A stretch of DNA of 64,000 nt from Chloroflexota bacterium (GCA_963663275.1 OY760183.1:1376001-1440000), one strand, 5' to 3'. Positions 1 through 9,599 are shown, counted from the stretch's first letter. Translations and numbers: made by a program. Notes: generated from the letters alone by a model not told the origin.

Positions 1-797
1 CCCATGGGCGCCAGGAAGACCACGCTCTCTTTGCCTTCCATGAGCGCGCGCAGGTCTCTCTCGGCGTCCCAGACGATCTTTTCCAGCTTCACCTGGTGGG
101 CGCTCCGGCTCAGCAGCGCGGCCGTGCCAAACTGACCGGCGGTGTGCTCCTTCTTGTAGAGTTCGTAGGAGTGGGCCTCGCCCATGCGGTCGTAGGCCAG
201 CGTGAGCTTGGTCGGCCCCGCGCCGAGGATGTATTCGCTGGCGGTATAGTCAACGTGACAGGTGAGGAAGAGGTACTCCTCCGAGAGGCCGCCGCGGGCG
301 ATGGCGACGAAGTTGGCCTTGGCGGTCTCCATGTACTCCGGTTTGAGGACATCGAGGGTTACGGTGAACAAGATTTCGAGAAACGACGCAGTGGGGAGGG
401 TATCGGAAGCCGAGAGGCCCAGCCAGAAGCGGATGGCGGCGTCGCGTTGCGACAGGGTGCGGGCGATGCCGCGCCACTCGCAGCGGGTAGAGTTAGCAAC
501 GCCGGTGCCGCGCACGGCCAGGTGGACAGGCGAAGCCTCAGCCAGGCGCAGGCCTTTCTCAAGCACCTCTTCGACGCTGGCAGTAGGGCCGGTCGGCGTA
601 GGTGTTGGCGTCGGAGTGGGTGTAGCTGCCTGCCTCGCAACCGCGGGAAACCCGTCCGCCTGGGCCGTTACCGCCAAGACCGCACCCAGGAGAACCGCCA
701 GCGCCAACGGGATCCCAAGCCAACGTCCGCGTGAGGCTGGGATCGCCGTGAGACTATGCCGCGTGAACGCCTTGATCCAGACGCCAAGAGGAGCCAT
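1..797 (-). CDS. Secreted hypothetical protein, N-terminal part (runs off window start)
   Basis: Manual translation from ATG at 797: MAPLGVW...LGIPLALAVLLGAVLAVTAQA signal-like segment, TPTPTPTPT linker, frame open to position 3; AGGGAT upstream; absent from ORF track because no stop lies in the window. Confidence 0.8.
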   Translation of the reverse strand, partial: MAPLGVWIKAFTRHSLTAIPASRGRWLGIPLALAVLLGAVLAVTAQADGFPAVARQAATPTPTPTPTPTGPTASVEEVLEKGLRLAEASPVHLAVRGTGVANSTRCEWRGIARTLSQRDAAIRFWLGLSASDTLPTASFLEILFTVTLDVLKPEYMETAKANFVAIARGGLSEEYLFLTCHVDYTASEYILGAGPTKLTLAYDRMGEAHSYELYKKEHTAGQFGTAALLSRSAHQVKLEKIVWDAERDLRALMEGKESVVFLAPM

Positions 798-1014
798 ATT
801 TGATTATCCCTACGCTACCATTACGATTGCGAGATGGCGCAACATACGCTGTAAAGCCCTATGTTCCGAGCCTTATGCAAGAACAGTAATTCCCATTCAA
901 CTTGCTCAATGTTTGTGTTCTTGACGTTTCGATGAACTAGGGTCGCTTCTGTTACTCCGGTTCCCCCGGTATCACCCTGTGATGCCTTCTGGATCTTTCG
1001 GCCGCTGGCTCTCA

Positions 1015-2961
1015 CTACGCACACCGCTCCAGGCCGCTGGCCTCGACCCATATGTCGGGTAGTTCAGCCAGCACGCAGCCGTTAAACACGTTCCGATCGT
1101 ACTCTTCATTCATGAGGCGGACATACTCCAGTTGCTTGAGTTTGCCCAACTCGGGTGGTAAGGACCCTACAAGCAGATTGTTGGAGAGAGACAGGTGTGT
1201 CAGGTTAGTTAGGTTGCCGATTTCGAGAGGTATTCTGCCTGCCAACCTGTTACCGGAGAGGTCTAGCCACTCGAGATGCCTAAGTTCGCCTAATTCTGGT
1301 GGGATGGCACCTTCAAGTCCAGCGCTCCAGGAAAGGGAAGAGAGCGAGAGGCTGCGAAGGTTTACGAGCCTTCCTAGCTCAAGCGGAATTTCGCCTGAAA
1401 TGTGCTCGGTGTTGATACTAAGTAGCTCGAGTGCGGTTAAGTCACCCAGTTCCGGCGGCACAACTCCATTCAGGCGAGGCGCACTATGCCCGGCAAGGAC
1501 CAGCCTTCGCACACGAAGTGGCGAGCCCTCGACCCAGATTCCTTCCCAGGATGTAATGGGAGTATTGGCGCTCCAATTGAGGATGGCTTCTCCCGCCAGC
1601 TTTTCCCGTATCGCGAGAAGCGTCCGGCAGTCTTGCACGAGGCCGGCGTTCTCGGCTGGGTTTGGTACAACAAAGCCTTTGTCGCAGGCTGCGATGTCAT
1701 TGGATGTATCGCGCCAATCGGTGCTGGCGGCCACGATGTATTTGTACGTTCCCTCGACCAGAACTCTCTTGTCTGTCCCGTCGCGGGCCACGGAATAAAG
1801 CTGAGGAGGCACATCAGGGCCGTCGTGGGGCGAATAGATGGCGACGCGGGTGCCATCGGGAGACCACGCCACAACTATCCCAAGGTGGCCATGAGGCTCA
1901 ACACCAAGGTCAATCGTGCGCAGACTACCACCGTCCGGTCTAGAGAAGTAAAGCACTCTCTCTGATACAGTGAGAATCTCCGATGAATCCGGCGCCCACA
2001 AGACTTGGGATATGTTCCAATCAGGCTCTTGCGGTTCCAGCACCTGCAGCAGGTCTGTTGCATCAGGACGCACCGTGTAGACGCCGGCAGGCTTACCCTC
2101 TTCATCAGCCATCACAAAGGCAAGACGTCCGCCGTCCGGCGACCACGAGGGCAAGATCGGCACTAGGTTGCCTTCCAAGTCAGGTTGCAGACCCGCTACC
2201 TCTGCGACCCGAGTTAACTTTGTCTCACTGAGGTGCACCGTGTACAAGATATGCCGATACGGTGGATAGTTCCCTTCATTCACCAGGAATGCCAAGTGGT
2301 TACCGTCTGGCGACCACATCGGTGGCTCTAGAACCACTCTGCCGTACACTCTTCTTTCGCTAACGCTCGCAGGCTTAGCACTAAATGACACGTTCTGGAT
2401 ATCCGACCCGTCCGCTGCCATCGTAAAGAGTTCGTTGGTGTGGTCGCTTTCTCCTCGAGGGTTTGCTATGTAGGCGATACGCCTGCCGTCGGGTGACCAC
2501 ACGGGAAAGCTGTCAAGGTGTCGGTTCGTCGTTAGTCGCTGGCGCCCACTGCCATCTAAGTTGATGACGGCGATCTCGTAATGATAGTCGCCTCGTTGCG
2601 CAAGCAACGTGTCGCTCGTGTGGAACTCGCAGGTGGCATAGACGATGCGTGTACCGTCCGGAGAAATGTCGGCGTGGAAACCGTAGCCTAGCGAATAGTC
2701 CGGGTTCACATTAACTAGCGCTTGCAACTGAGCACCGGCAGCGTCTACGACCCAAATGGTCCTGGCGTGGGGGAAAATGAGCCGAGAACCGTCCGGGGTC
2801 CACTCAAGTACATGTCTTTCCAAATGGGGGCGAGGGCCATTCCACGTTATCGGCCCACATGGGTAAGCCTCTCCATGGCCAAGATCTGACTGCCGTGCGC
2901 AACTGGCAATACTCATGGACAATGCCAGCATCCCAAACGTCGCCAAGAATAAGCGTCGCAT
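1015..2961 (-). CDS. Lipoprotein with TolB-like (PD40) beta-propeller and C-terminal leucine-rich repeats
   Basis: Lipobox-like SIASC after hydrophobic N-terminus; repeated WSPDG/WTPDG motifs; LRRs of type LDLSGNRLAGRIPLEIGNL; start chosen at MRRLFL with AAGGA upstream. Confidence 0.85.
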   Translation of the reverse strand: MRRLFLATFGMLALSMSIASCARQSDLGHGEAYPCGPITWNGPRPHLERHVLEWTPDGSRLIFPHARTIWVVDAAGAQLQALVNVNPDYSLGYGFHADISPDGTRIVYATCEFHTSDTLLAQRGDYHYEIAVINLDGSGRQRLTTNRHLDSFPVWSPDGRRIAYIANPRGESDHTNELFTMAADGSDIQNVSFSAKPASVSERRVYGRVVLEPPMWSPDGNHLAFLVNEGNYPPYRHILYTVHLSETKLTRVAEVAGLQPDLEGNLVPILPSWSPDGGRLAFVMADEEGKPAGVYTVRPDATDLLQVLEPQEPDWNISQVLWAPDSSEILTVSERVLYFSRPDGGSLRTIDLGVEPHGHLGIVVAWSPDGTRVAIYSPHDGPDVPPQLYSVARDGTDKRVLVEGTYKYIVAASTDWRDTSNDIAACDKGFVVPNPAENAGLVQDCRTLLAIREKLAGEAILNWSANTPITSWEGIWVEGSPLRVRRLVLAGHSAPRLNGVVPPELGDLTALELLSINTEHISGEIPLELGRLVNLRSLSLSSLSWSAGLEGAIPPELGELRHLEWLDLSGNRLAGRIPLEIGNLTNLTHLSLSNNLLVGSLPPELGKLKQLEYVRLMNEEYDRNVFNGCVLAELPDIWVEASGLERCA

Positions 2962-2977
2962 GCTCACAGTCCTTTGC

Positions 2978-3046
2978 TCAAGGTAGTGTCTGATAGAGCG
3001 CATATATCGCCATGATGTCAAGCGAATTGGGTAAACAGTTCGGGTC
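2978..3046 (-). pseudogene. Remnant C-terminal tail of metzincin-like peptidase gene
   Basis: Translates DPNCLPNSLDIMAIYALYQTLP*, matching the end of ORF 4734-5129 (PDCSPHPFDIMAIYAIYQTYR*). Confidence 0.7.
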
Positions 3047-3081
3047 ATATGGCAAGCTACTTTGTGGCATTTCACGGCACA

Positions 3082-4728
3082 TTACGGTGTCTCCTCCGGC
3101 GGGTTCGCTGCCACGAGGTTCCCATCGGTATCCAGCCGTATCAGGTCGCGGCGGTCTGTGCCGTCACGCATGACCGTGTAGAGTTGGAACTGTATGTGTT
3201 TGTCGATATTCCAGGTATCCCGCTCCCAGATGTAGAGCGCGATGCGTTCCCCGTCCGGCGACCACGCTGCAAGCACCTCGGCAGGGTGGCGGGCCCCTGA
3301 TGCGCGAACCACGTGATTGGCTACAGTGGTTAGCAGGTCTATCGTGTACAAGCCATCGCCGTCAGCCTGAATCAGAAAGACGTGATTTGACGTATTGTCA
3401 ATGACGAGTAGCTCCGGTTTACTTGGCGACCACGAGATTCGTGGGAGATCCCATAATTCCCATGGCTGTGCCAACTGCGCGTGCCCCAGTACTGTGCCAT
3501 CAGCCCGGGCGATATAGACGGAACTGACAGTGTCTTGCTCATCCTTAGACATCCACGCCACCATAGCCATATACTCCCCGCTTGGAGACCACAAGACATG
3601 GGAGACATTGCCCGGGACCTCCAGTTGCTCTAGTGTTTCCGATCCATCGGGACGAGTAGTATAGACCGTAGACATGGCACCGGACTCACCTTCCACAGTA
3701 ACTGTCGCAAAGGCGAGCCACTCTCCATCAGGCGACCAAGAAGGTGCAGGGGGAGGTCGTCTTTCCATTGGGGACCTTGGCAATGATGTAAGCATTCCAA
3801 TTTGCGTTCGTTCACCCGAGCCGTCGGCGCGAACTGTGTTGAGGACGTATTCATGACTCCCTCGCCCAACATAAGCCAAGTATTCTCCGTTCGGCGACCA
3901 AAGGGGCGGAGCAAAGGCGACTTCGGGGTTTGTTGCAGCCAGCTTCAGAAGCTGCGCGTCAGTGCCGTCCAGCACCATGGCATAGAGAGCCATGGTGCCT
4001 GAAAAGACAGAAATGTCTTCACTCTTGAAGTTGGTGATGAATGCGATGCGGTTGCCGTCGGGGGAATATACCGGATAGTGGTCAAGGAATCCATTATCGG
4101 TAATGCGTTCTTGATCCGTGCCGTCCAGATTGATGACGGCAATCTCGTAGTTGAAGTGTGCCAAATGCGGAGCTGTTTTGGCGATGTGCGGGGTCTCCGT
4201 CATGGGGTACTCGCACGAAGTATAGACAATGCGGGAGCCGTCTGGCGACAGACCAGCATGAAAGCCAAATGGCAACAAGCCATCATTAGGTACAGGGTCA
4301 ACCAGCATGTGCAAATTCGAGCCATCGGCATCCACCATCCAAATCGAATAGGGACTATAGGTAGATTTGTGCTCTCGTGTGCCCAACGTACTTCCACTGG
4401 GGGAACTGAATAAGATGCGAGCACCGTCCCACGTCCATTGCAGGAAGTCTCGAGCTCCGTTGTCCAACCACTCTTTGTCTGTGAAACTACCGCACGGGTA
4501 AACTGGGTATTCGTGCCCAGAGTTCACATAATCCATAGACGTACTTTCTTCCTTCTTAGCGTCTTTTCTTTCCGCAGCGGTAATTTCCACTTCGCGGGCT
4601 TCACCCACCGTAGGAGGCCCTTCCTCCGAGAAGGTCGCACAGCCCGTAAAGCCCAAGACGAGCACAAGCAGCAAGAGCCCCAAGGGCACTTGCTGGGACC
4701 TCAAGTCTAGGCAAATCCTGTATCTCAC
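3082..4728 (-). CDS. TolB-like (PD40) beta-propeller lipoprotein
   Basis: Lipobox-like GFTGC; many WSPDG/YSPDG repeats; paralog of both neighbours. Confidence 0.85.
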   Translation of the reverse strand: MRYRICLDLRSQQVPLGLLLLVLVLGFTGCATFSEEGPPTVGEAREVEITAAERKDAKKEESTSMDYVNSGHEYPVYPCGSFTDKEWLDNGARDFLQWTWDGARILFSSPSGSTLGTREHKSTYSPYSIWMVDADGSNLHMLVDPVPNDGLLPFGFHAGLSPDGSRIVYTSCEYPMTETPHIAKTAPHLAHFNYEIAVINLDGTDQERITDNGFLDHYPVYSPDGNRIAFITNFKSEDISVFSGTMALYAMVLDGTDAQLLKLAATNPEVAFAPPLWSPNGEYLAYVGRGSHEYVLNTVRADGSGERTQIGMLTSLPRSPMERRPPPAPSWSPDGEWLAFATVTVEGESGAMSTVYTTRPDGSETLEQLEVPGNVSHVLWSPSGEYMAMVAWMSKDEQDTVSSVYIARADGTVLGHAQLAQPWELWDLPRISWSPSKPELLVIDNTSNHVFLIQADGDGLYTIDLLTTVANHVVRASGARHPAEVLAAWSPDGERIALYIWERDTWNIDKHIQFQLYTVMRDGTDRRDLIRLDTDGNLVAANPPEETP

Positions 4729-4733
4729 ATTCT

Positions 4734-5129
4734 TTACCTATACGTTTGATAGATTGCGTAAATTGCCATGATGTCAAACGGATGCGGCGAACAGTCTGGT
4801 TCAGAGAAAGACGGATCCATGTATCTCTCTCGAATCTTCCAGTCATAATTCATGACCGAATCTGCGATGTTGGGGTGACCATCAGTATAGTCTGGCACAT
4901 TGGGATCTCTGTCGGCGGCAGATGTAATTCCCAAGACATGCCCCGCTTCATGTATTAGCGTTGCATATGCATGTGCACTCTGACTCGGGTCTGGACACGA
5001 GTTGAAGACAACGTCACCTCTGTCAGGCCAGTCAGCATGGCCGCTGTCTCCACCGGGGACTCCTAGGGAATCATTCCTAGAGTGTAGGTGGTCAAGCACA
5101 CTGACTGTGCTTACTCCATGGCTCATCAC
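4734..5129 (-). pseudogene. C-terminal fragment of metzincin-like zinc metallopeptidase
   Basis: HEAGHVLG zinc motif, later His and SVM Met-turn-like motif; only 131 aa, no signal peptide, start overlaps upstream stop. Confidence 0.7.
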
Positions 5130-6472
5130 TGGGTCTCCTGGGGCGGGTTCGCTGGCGCCAGGTTGCCGTCGGCGTCCAAGCGAATCAGGTCGCGGCGGTC
5201 GCTTCCGTCTGGGGCCACCGTGTACAGTTGTGGGCGATCAAGACCCGATGTATAGATTGCGACACGCGTGCCGTCGGGTGACCATATCGCAGCGTGGGGC
5301 GCCAGCAAGACTGAGATACTATCTTCGATCAACCCGGTAACCTCCCCACTCTCCAAGCCGATGATGCACGCTCCATTCTCACAGGAGTAGAGTATCTGCA
5401 TCCCGTCCGGCGACCACGAAACAATGGGTATCGTGTCATTGTAGGTTGGGTCCCAGCGAAGAGCTTCCCGATCAAAGATGGTTGTGATGAGTTGCGGATT
5501 GGAACCGTCCGGCGCCAGGGTAAAGATCCCTACGTCATCGCCGGCAATCTTCGCCACTGCCAGCCGTGCTCCATCCGGCGACCATGCGGGCACGCTCACC
5601 ACTTCGTCCGCAAGCAGCGTCATCTCCGTGCCGTCGGTCCTCACCGCGTACAAGTCCCTCAAGCCATGAGTAAAATCGCTCGTGTTCATCTGGAAGAGCA
5701 AGCGCTCTCCATCGGGGGACCAGACCGGCGGCGCCAGGGTCAGCCCATACCGGCCGGGCGGCGCCACGCGCTGCACGTTCGACCCGTCCGCCGACATTGT
5801 AAAGAGCGTCATTCCCTCTGGCGCCTCATGAGGCTGCCACGCGTAAGAGGGAGCGGCGAGGAAGGCGATGCGTCTGCCATCCGGCGACCAGACGGCGTAG
5901 TGGTGGGGATGTGCCCTTTTGGTGAGCCTCCGTGACTCTGGGCCTTCAATTGGCACGACCGCTATCTGATAGTTGTAATCGCTCCGTTCTCCGTCTTCTT
6001 GATACAATCGGGAGAACTCGCAACTTGCATAGACAAGCTGTGTTCCGTCTGGCGATATATCTGCGTGTTGACCGTACTGGGAAGCGTGACCGGGATTCGC
6101 GTCGACCAGCATCTTCAATCGGCTGCCCGATGCGTCGACTACCCAGATGCCAGTGAGGTCCGTATAGTCCCGCCACCGGATCTCGCCTGCTGGCAGGTAG
6201 TTGAAAACCAAATGGGTGCCGTCCGGCGTCCAAGTGAGAACTAGCCTGTAAATTGCCATGAGACGAAACATGAACCCCAACGGACCGCAAATGGAGTGCA
6301 CGTCGTCGACTACCCATCCTCCTGGGGTGGGCGTGGGCGCCACCGTTGGCGTGCCACTTGCTTGAAACACCGTTGCCGGCCGGACACCGGCTTGCTGCTG
6401 CTGGCAACCCATAAGCGCGAGAGCTGCCACCGCCACGAGCCCAAATATGGTCAGCCACGATCGTGCTGTCAT
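5126..6472 (-). CDS. TolB-like (PD40) beta-propeller lipoprotein
   Basis: Lipobox-like LMGC; WSPDG repeats; AGGAG RBS; C-terminus DRRDLIRLDADGNLAPANPP nearly identical to that of 3082-4728. Confidence 0.85.
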   Translation of the reverse strand: MTARSWLTIFGLVAVAALALMGCQQQQAGVRPATVFQASGTPTVAPTPTPGGWVVDDVHSICGPLGFMFRLMAIYRLVLTWTPDGTHLVFNYLPAGEIRWRDYTDLTGIWVVDASGSRLKMLVDANPGHASQYGQHADISPDGTQLVYASCEFSRLYQEDGERSDYNYQIAVVPIEGPESRRLTKRAHPHHYAVWSPDGRRIAFLAAPSYAWQPHEAPEGMTLFTMSADGSNVQRVAPPGRYGLTLAPPVWSPDGERLLFQMNTSDFTHGLRDLYAVRTDGTEMTLLADEVVSVPAWSPDGARLAVAKIAGDDVGIFTLAPDGSNPQLITTIFDREALRWDPTYNDTIPIVSWSPDGMQILYSCENGACIIGLESGEVTGLIEDSISVLLAPHAAIWSPDGTRVAIYTSGLDRPQLYTVAPDGSDRRDLIRLDADGNLAPANPPQETQ

Positions 6473-6488
6473 TGCACGTCACTCCTAT

Positions 6489-6539
6489 CTGATAGAGCGC
6501 ACAAATCGCCTTGATGTCGAGCGGATGGGATGAACAGTC
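6489..6539 (-). pseudogene. Degenerate remnant of metzincin-like peptidase C-terminal tail
   Basis: Translates DCSSHPLDIKAICALYQ, homologous to DCSPHPFDIMAIYAIYQ. Confidence 0.65.
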
Positions 6540-6920
6540 CCGTTACCGATACAGCACTGTCGCTGGTCCCCGCACCTTAGACTCCTGTTCTTGAAGTTCT
6601 TTAGAGTATCCGCAATGGTCGGATGATGTTTCACTACTGCGGTTCCGCTGCCAGTTCCGTCCGACCGCCGGACGCCGCGCGCGCCGCGCCGCTGCGTGCA
6701 CGCCTATGGCATTCAGCCAAGACGACTCACGACGGCTGGCCCATTGTCCATGAATTGACAGTTAGATGTATGAAGTTTGCTACACTTAAGCTTTCGTGGC
6801 AAGCGGTCAGGCAGGCGCGGCGCTCTATTCCACTGCGGTCGCGGCGCGGGTATAATGGGAGCAGCAACGACGCGGCGCGGCCGGCACGCGGCCGGAAAGG
6901 CGCCGCCACCTAAATCTGAA

Positions 6921-6978
6921 CAGTGCGAAACGAAAATCACGACAGTACGAAACGAGAGTCACGACAATGCGAAACGAG
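6921..6978 (+). repeat. 22-bp imperfect tandem repeat, ~2.6 copies
   Basis: cagtgcgaaacgaaaatcacga-like units start at 6921, 6943 and 6965. Confidence 0.7.
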
Positions 6979-6988
6979 GCAAGCGCGC

Positions 6989-7831
6989 ATGGCTGAAGCA
7001 GGCACGACTCTCCACCGCGGGCCGTATCTCACGCTTTCCACCGGCTCGCTCTATACGTATGGCCTGGCGCGGACGTTCGAGCTGATGCAGGGTTCCGGGT
7101 TCGACGGCGTGGAGATCATCGTGGACAACCGCTGGGATACGCGCCAGGCGGACTACATCAATGCGCTCACTGCCCAGTGGGGCATCCCGGTGCACAGCGT
7201 TCACGCGCCGTTTCGCACCATATCGGAGATGGGCGCGGACTACCCCGGCACCCTGAAAGCCACGATCGCGTTGGCGGAGGCGGTCGGCGCGCGCGCGGTG
7301 GTGATCCACCCGATCGCGTTTGGCGAAGGCGACCTGGCGCCGTGGCTGCGGGAGAACCTGGACACGTGGCAGGCGCGCACGCCCGTGCTGCTCACGGTGG
7401 AAAACCTGCCCCGGCGGTTGGTAAAGCGCCTGGGCCTCATCCAGCGGGACCAGCACGAATTCTGGCAGCCGGACTCCATGCGGCCTTTCGCGGCGCTGAC
7501 GATGGACACCACGCACTTCGGCGTCTCGCGCATTGACATTCTGAAGGCCTGGCGCCAACTGCGCGAAACCGTGCGGCACATCCACCTGTCGGACGAGTAC
7601 AACGGCCGCGAACACCTCTTCCCCGGCGAGGGCACGCTGCCGCTGGCGGATTTTTTGGGTGAACTGCGCCGCGACGCTTTTGGCGGCACGATTGTGGTGG
7701 AACTGCACCCCTATGCGCTCCACGCGGGCCGCTCGGATGAGAAGGTGCGCGACCGCATCCACCAGGCCGCCGCCTTCTGCCGCCGGCACCTGGCGCTGGA
7801 AAGCCCCAGCCCGGCGACGGCCGGCCGCTAA
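6989..7831 (+). CDS. Sugar phosphate isomerase/epimerase (xylose isomerase-like TIM barrel)
   Basis: GFDGVE, SVHAPF, VENLP, MDTTH, HIHLSD, HLFPGEG motifs. Confidence 0.85.
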   Translation: MAEAGTTLHRGPYLTLSTGSLYTYGLARTFELMQGSGFDGVEIIVDNRWDTRQADYINALTAQWGIPVHSVHAPFRTISEMGADYPGTLKATIALAEAVGARAVVIHPIAFGEGDLAPWLRENLDTWQARTPVLLTVENLPRRLVKRLGLIQRDQHEFWQPDSMRPFAALTMDTTHFGVSRIDILKAWRQLRETVRHIHLSDEYNGREHLFPGEGTLPLADFLGELRRDAFGGTIVVELHPYALHAGRSDEKVRDRIHQAAAFCRRHLALESPSPATAGR

Positions 7832-7886
7832 CCGCCAGCGCGCGAAACACGGGGCCGCCAGCGCACACCGTTCTCAGCCGAATCTT

Positions 7887-7922
7887 CCCCCTCACCCTAA
7901 CCCTCTCCCCAGGGAGAGGGGA
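7887..7922 (+). repeat. BoxC-like palindromic repeat
   Basis: CCCTCACCCTAACCCTCTCCCC-AGGGAGAGGG; related copies at 13573, 14365, 47509, 47601, 55409. Confidence 0.75.
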
Positions 7923-7960
7923 CTGGAAACGCACCCTCACGCGCGGCGTCTTCTTCAATA

Positions 7961-8077
7961 CCGCTGCCTCACACGGTCATCTCACATCTCACCCTCACAC
8001 CGCCGCCTCACACGGTCGTCTCACATCTCACCCTCACACCTAAGCCTCGCACCGCCGTCTTACACCATTCCCTCACA
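7961..8077 (+). repeat. 39-bp tandem repeat x3
   Basis: ccgctgcctcacacggtcatctcacatctcaccctcaca at 7961 and 8000, degenerate copy at 8039 overlapping the aminotransferase stop. Confidence 0.75.
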
Positions 8078-9308
8078 CCGCCACCTTTTGCAATTGCCCC
8101 ACGTGGCGGCGTACTTTAGCGACGCCTTCCGCAATGTCGTCCATATCGGACGTTTCCGCCAGCAGGGTCGTATGGCCCATGGCGATGCCCTCGTGCCGGG
8201 TCAGCGTTTCCGCCTCCGGGCAATCCATTGCGCGGAACGGTCCCGCCCCGCCGGTCACCTCGCCGGTGTCCAGGTCCAGCATCGGGTTATCGTAGATCGG
8301 GCGCGGGTGGCCGCCGGAGACCGGCACGCCTTCCGCGTGGGCCGCATCCAGGAACGTCCGTTTATCCGTCCCGAACTCATCCGGCTTGATGCGGAACGTA
8401 TAGATATGCATCCCGTGTTGGGTCACCTCCGGCGGGATTGGCGGCGGCTCGATGCCGTCGATTTGTGCCAGCAGGCCGGAGAGGTAGCGCGCGTTGCGGT
8501 TGCGTTTCTTCGTCTGTTCGTCGAACCGTTCCAGTTGGCCCAGCAGAATCGCCGCCTGGAACTCGTTCATCGGATAGTGGCCGCCCAGTTCGTAGTGCAC
8601 GTAGCCTGGCTCGCCTTTCGCGCGGCCGAAGCTGGAGAGCGTATACAGCCAGCGTTCCGCCAGTTCCTCATTATCTGTCGTCAGCATCCCGCCCTCGCCG
8701 GTGCTCATGTTCTTGCCGCCGCCCAGGCTGAACGAACTGCCGTCGCCCATCCCGCCCAATTTGCGGCCTTTCCATTCCGCGCCGTGGGCGTGGGCCGCGT
8801 CCGTAATCAGCGCCAGGCCGTGTTTGCGCGCCATTTGCTCGAAGCGTTCCATATCCGCCGGGTAGCCGCCGTAGTGCACCGGGCTGATCGCGCGGGTGCG
8901 GGGCGTGATCGCCTCTTCCGTCCGGTCCGGATCCAGGCAGAGCGAGCCCGGGTCGATGTCCGCCATCACCGGCGTCGCGCCCAGGTACATCGGCGCGAAA
9001 GCCGTCGCGATGAACGTAAACGCCGGCACGATCACCTCATCCCCCGCGCCCACGCCGAATGCTTTCAGCCCGATTTCCAGGCCCGCCGTGCAGCTAGTCA
9101 GGCCGATGCCGAATCGCGCGTCGTGATAGGCCGCGAACCGTTCCTGCGCCGCCGTCTTCATCGGGCCGTGCGCCGTCCCGCCCCACACGCTGCTTTCCAG
9201 CACCGTGCGCACGTTATCCAGTTCCGTCTCGTCGAATTGCGGCCATTTCGGCCAGCGTTTCGTCCCGTCCCGCACCGGCGTACCCCCCAGCAGGGCCAGT
9301 CGTTCCAT
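8073..9308 (-). CDS. DegT/DnrJ/EryC1/StrS family PLP-dependent aminotransferase
   Basis: GDEVIVPAFTFIAT, DAAHAHG, SFS..GKNMSTGEGG motifs. Confidence 0.9.
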   Translation of the reverse strand: MERLALLGGTPVRDGTKRWPKWPQFDETELDNVRTVLESSVWGGTAHGPMKTAAQERFAAYHDARFGIGLTSCTAGLEIGLKAFGVGAGDEVIVPAFTFIATAFAPMYLGATPVMADIDPGSLCLDPDRTEEAITPRTRAISPVHYGGYPADMERFEQMARKHGLALITDAAHAHGAEWKGRKLGGMGDGSSFSLGGGKNMSTGEGGMLTTDNEELAERWLYTLSSFGRAKGEPGYVHYELGGHYPMNEFQAAILLGQLERFDEQTKKRNRNARYLSGLLAQIDGIEPPPIPPEVTQHGMHIYTFRIKPDEFGTDKRTFLDAAHAEGVPVSGGHPRPIYDNPMLDLDTGEVTGGAGPFRAMDCPEAETLTRHEGIAMGHTTLLAETSDMDDIAEGVAKVRRHVGQLQKVAV

Positions 9309-9599
9309 GGCGTTCGCGATCCTTTCCTATTTAATTAACGCAATTGGGCGGCTACCGTATCCAACCGCCGTTCTCCGTCCCGCCGCCGTTACCCACGATT
9401 GTAGCATTGCGCGTGGCGGCGTGGTTGCCAACGCGCTGGCAGGGGCACGACACAATCGGAACGGGAACGGCACAACCGGTAGTGGGGGCACGACGTGTCG
9501 CGACCCTACCGCGATGCCGCCCCGGTGGACTCCCCATGTGGCGGGGATGCTACAATGTGGCTAGGCGGCAGGGCTCTATGTGGAAGCAGGAGGCGCGTC

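Noticed and set aside
8073-9308. AHBA/aminoglycoside biosynthetic cluster
   Set aside because: Isolated aminotransferase with no supporting pathway genes
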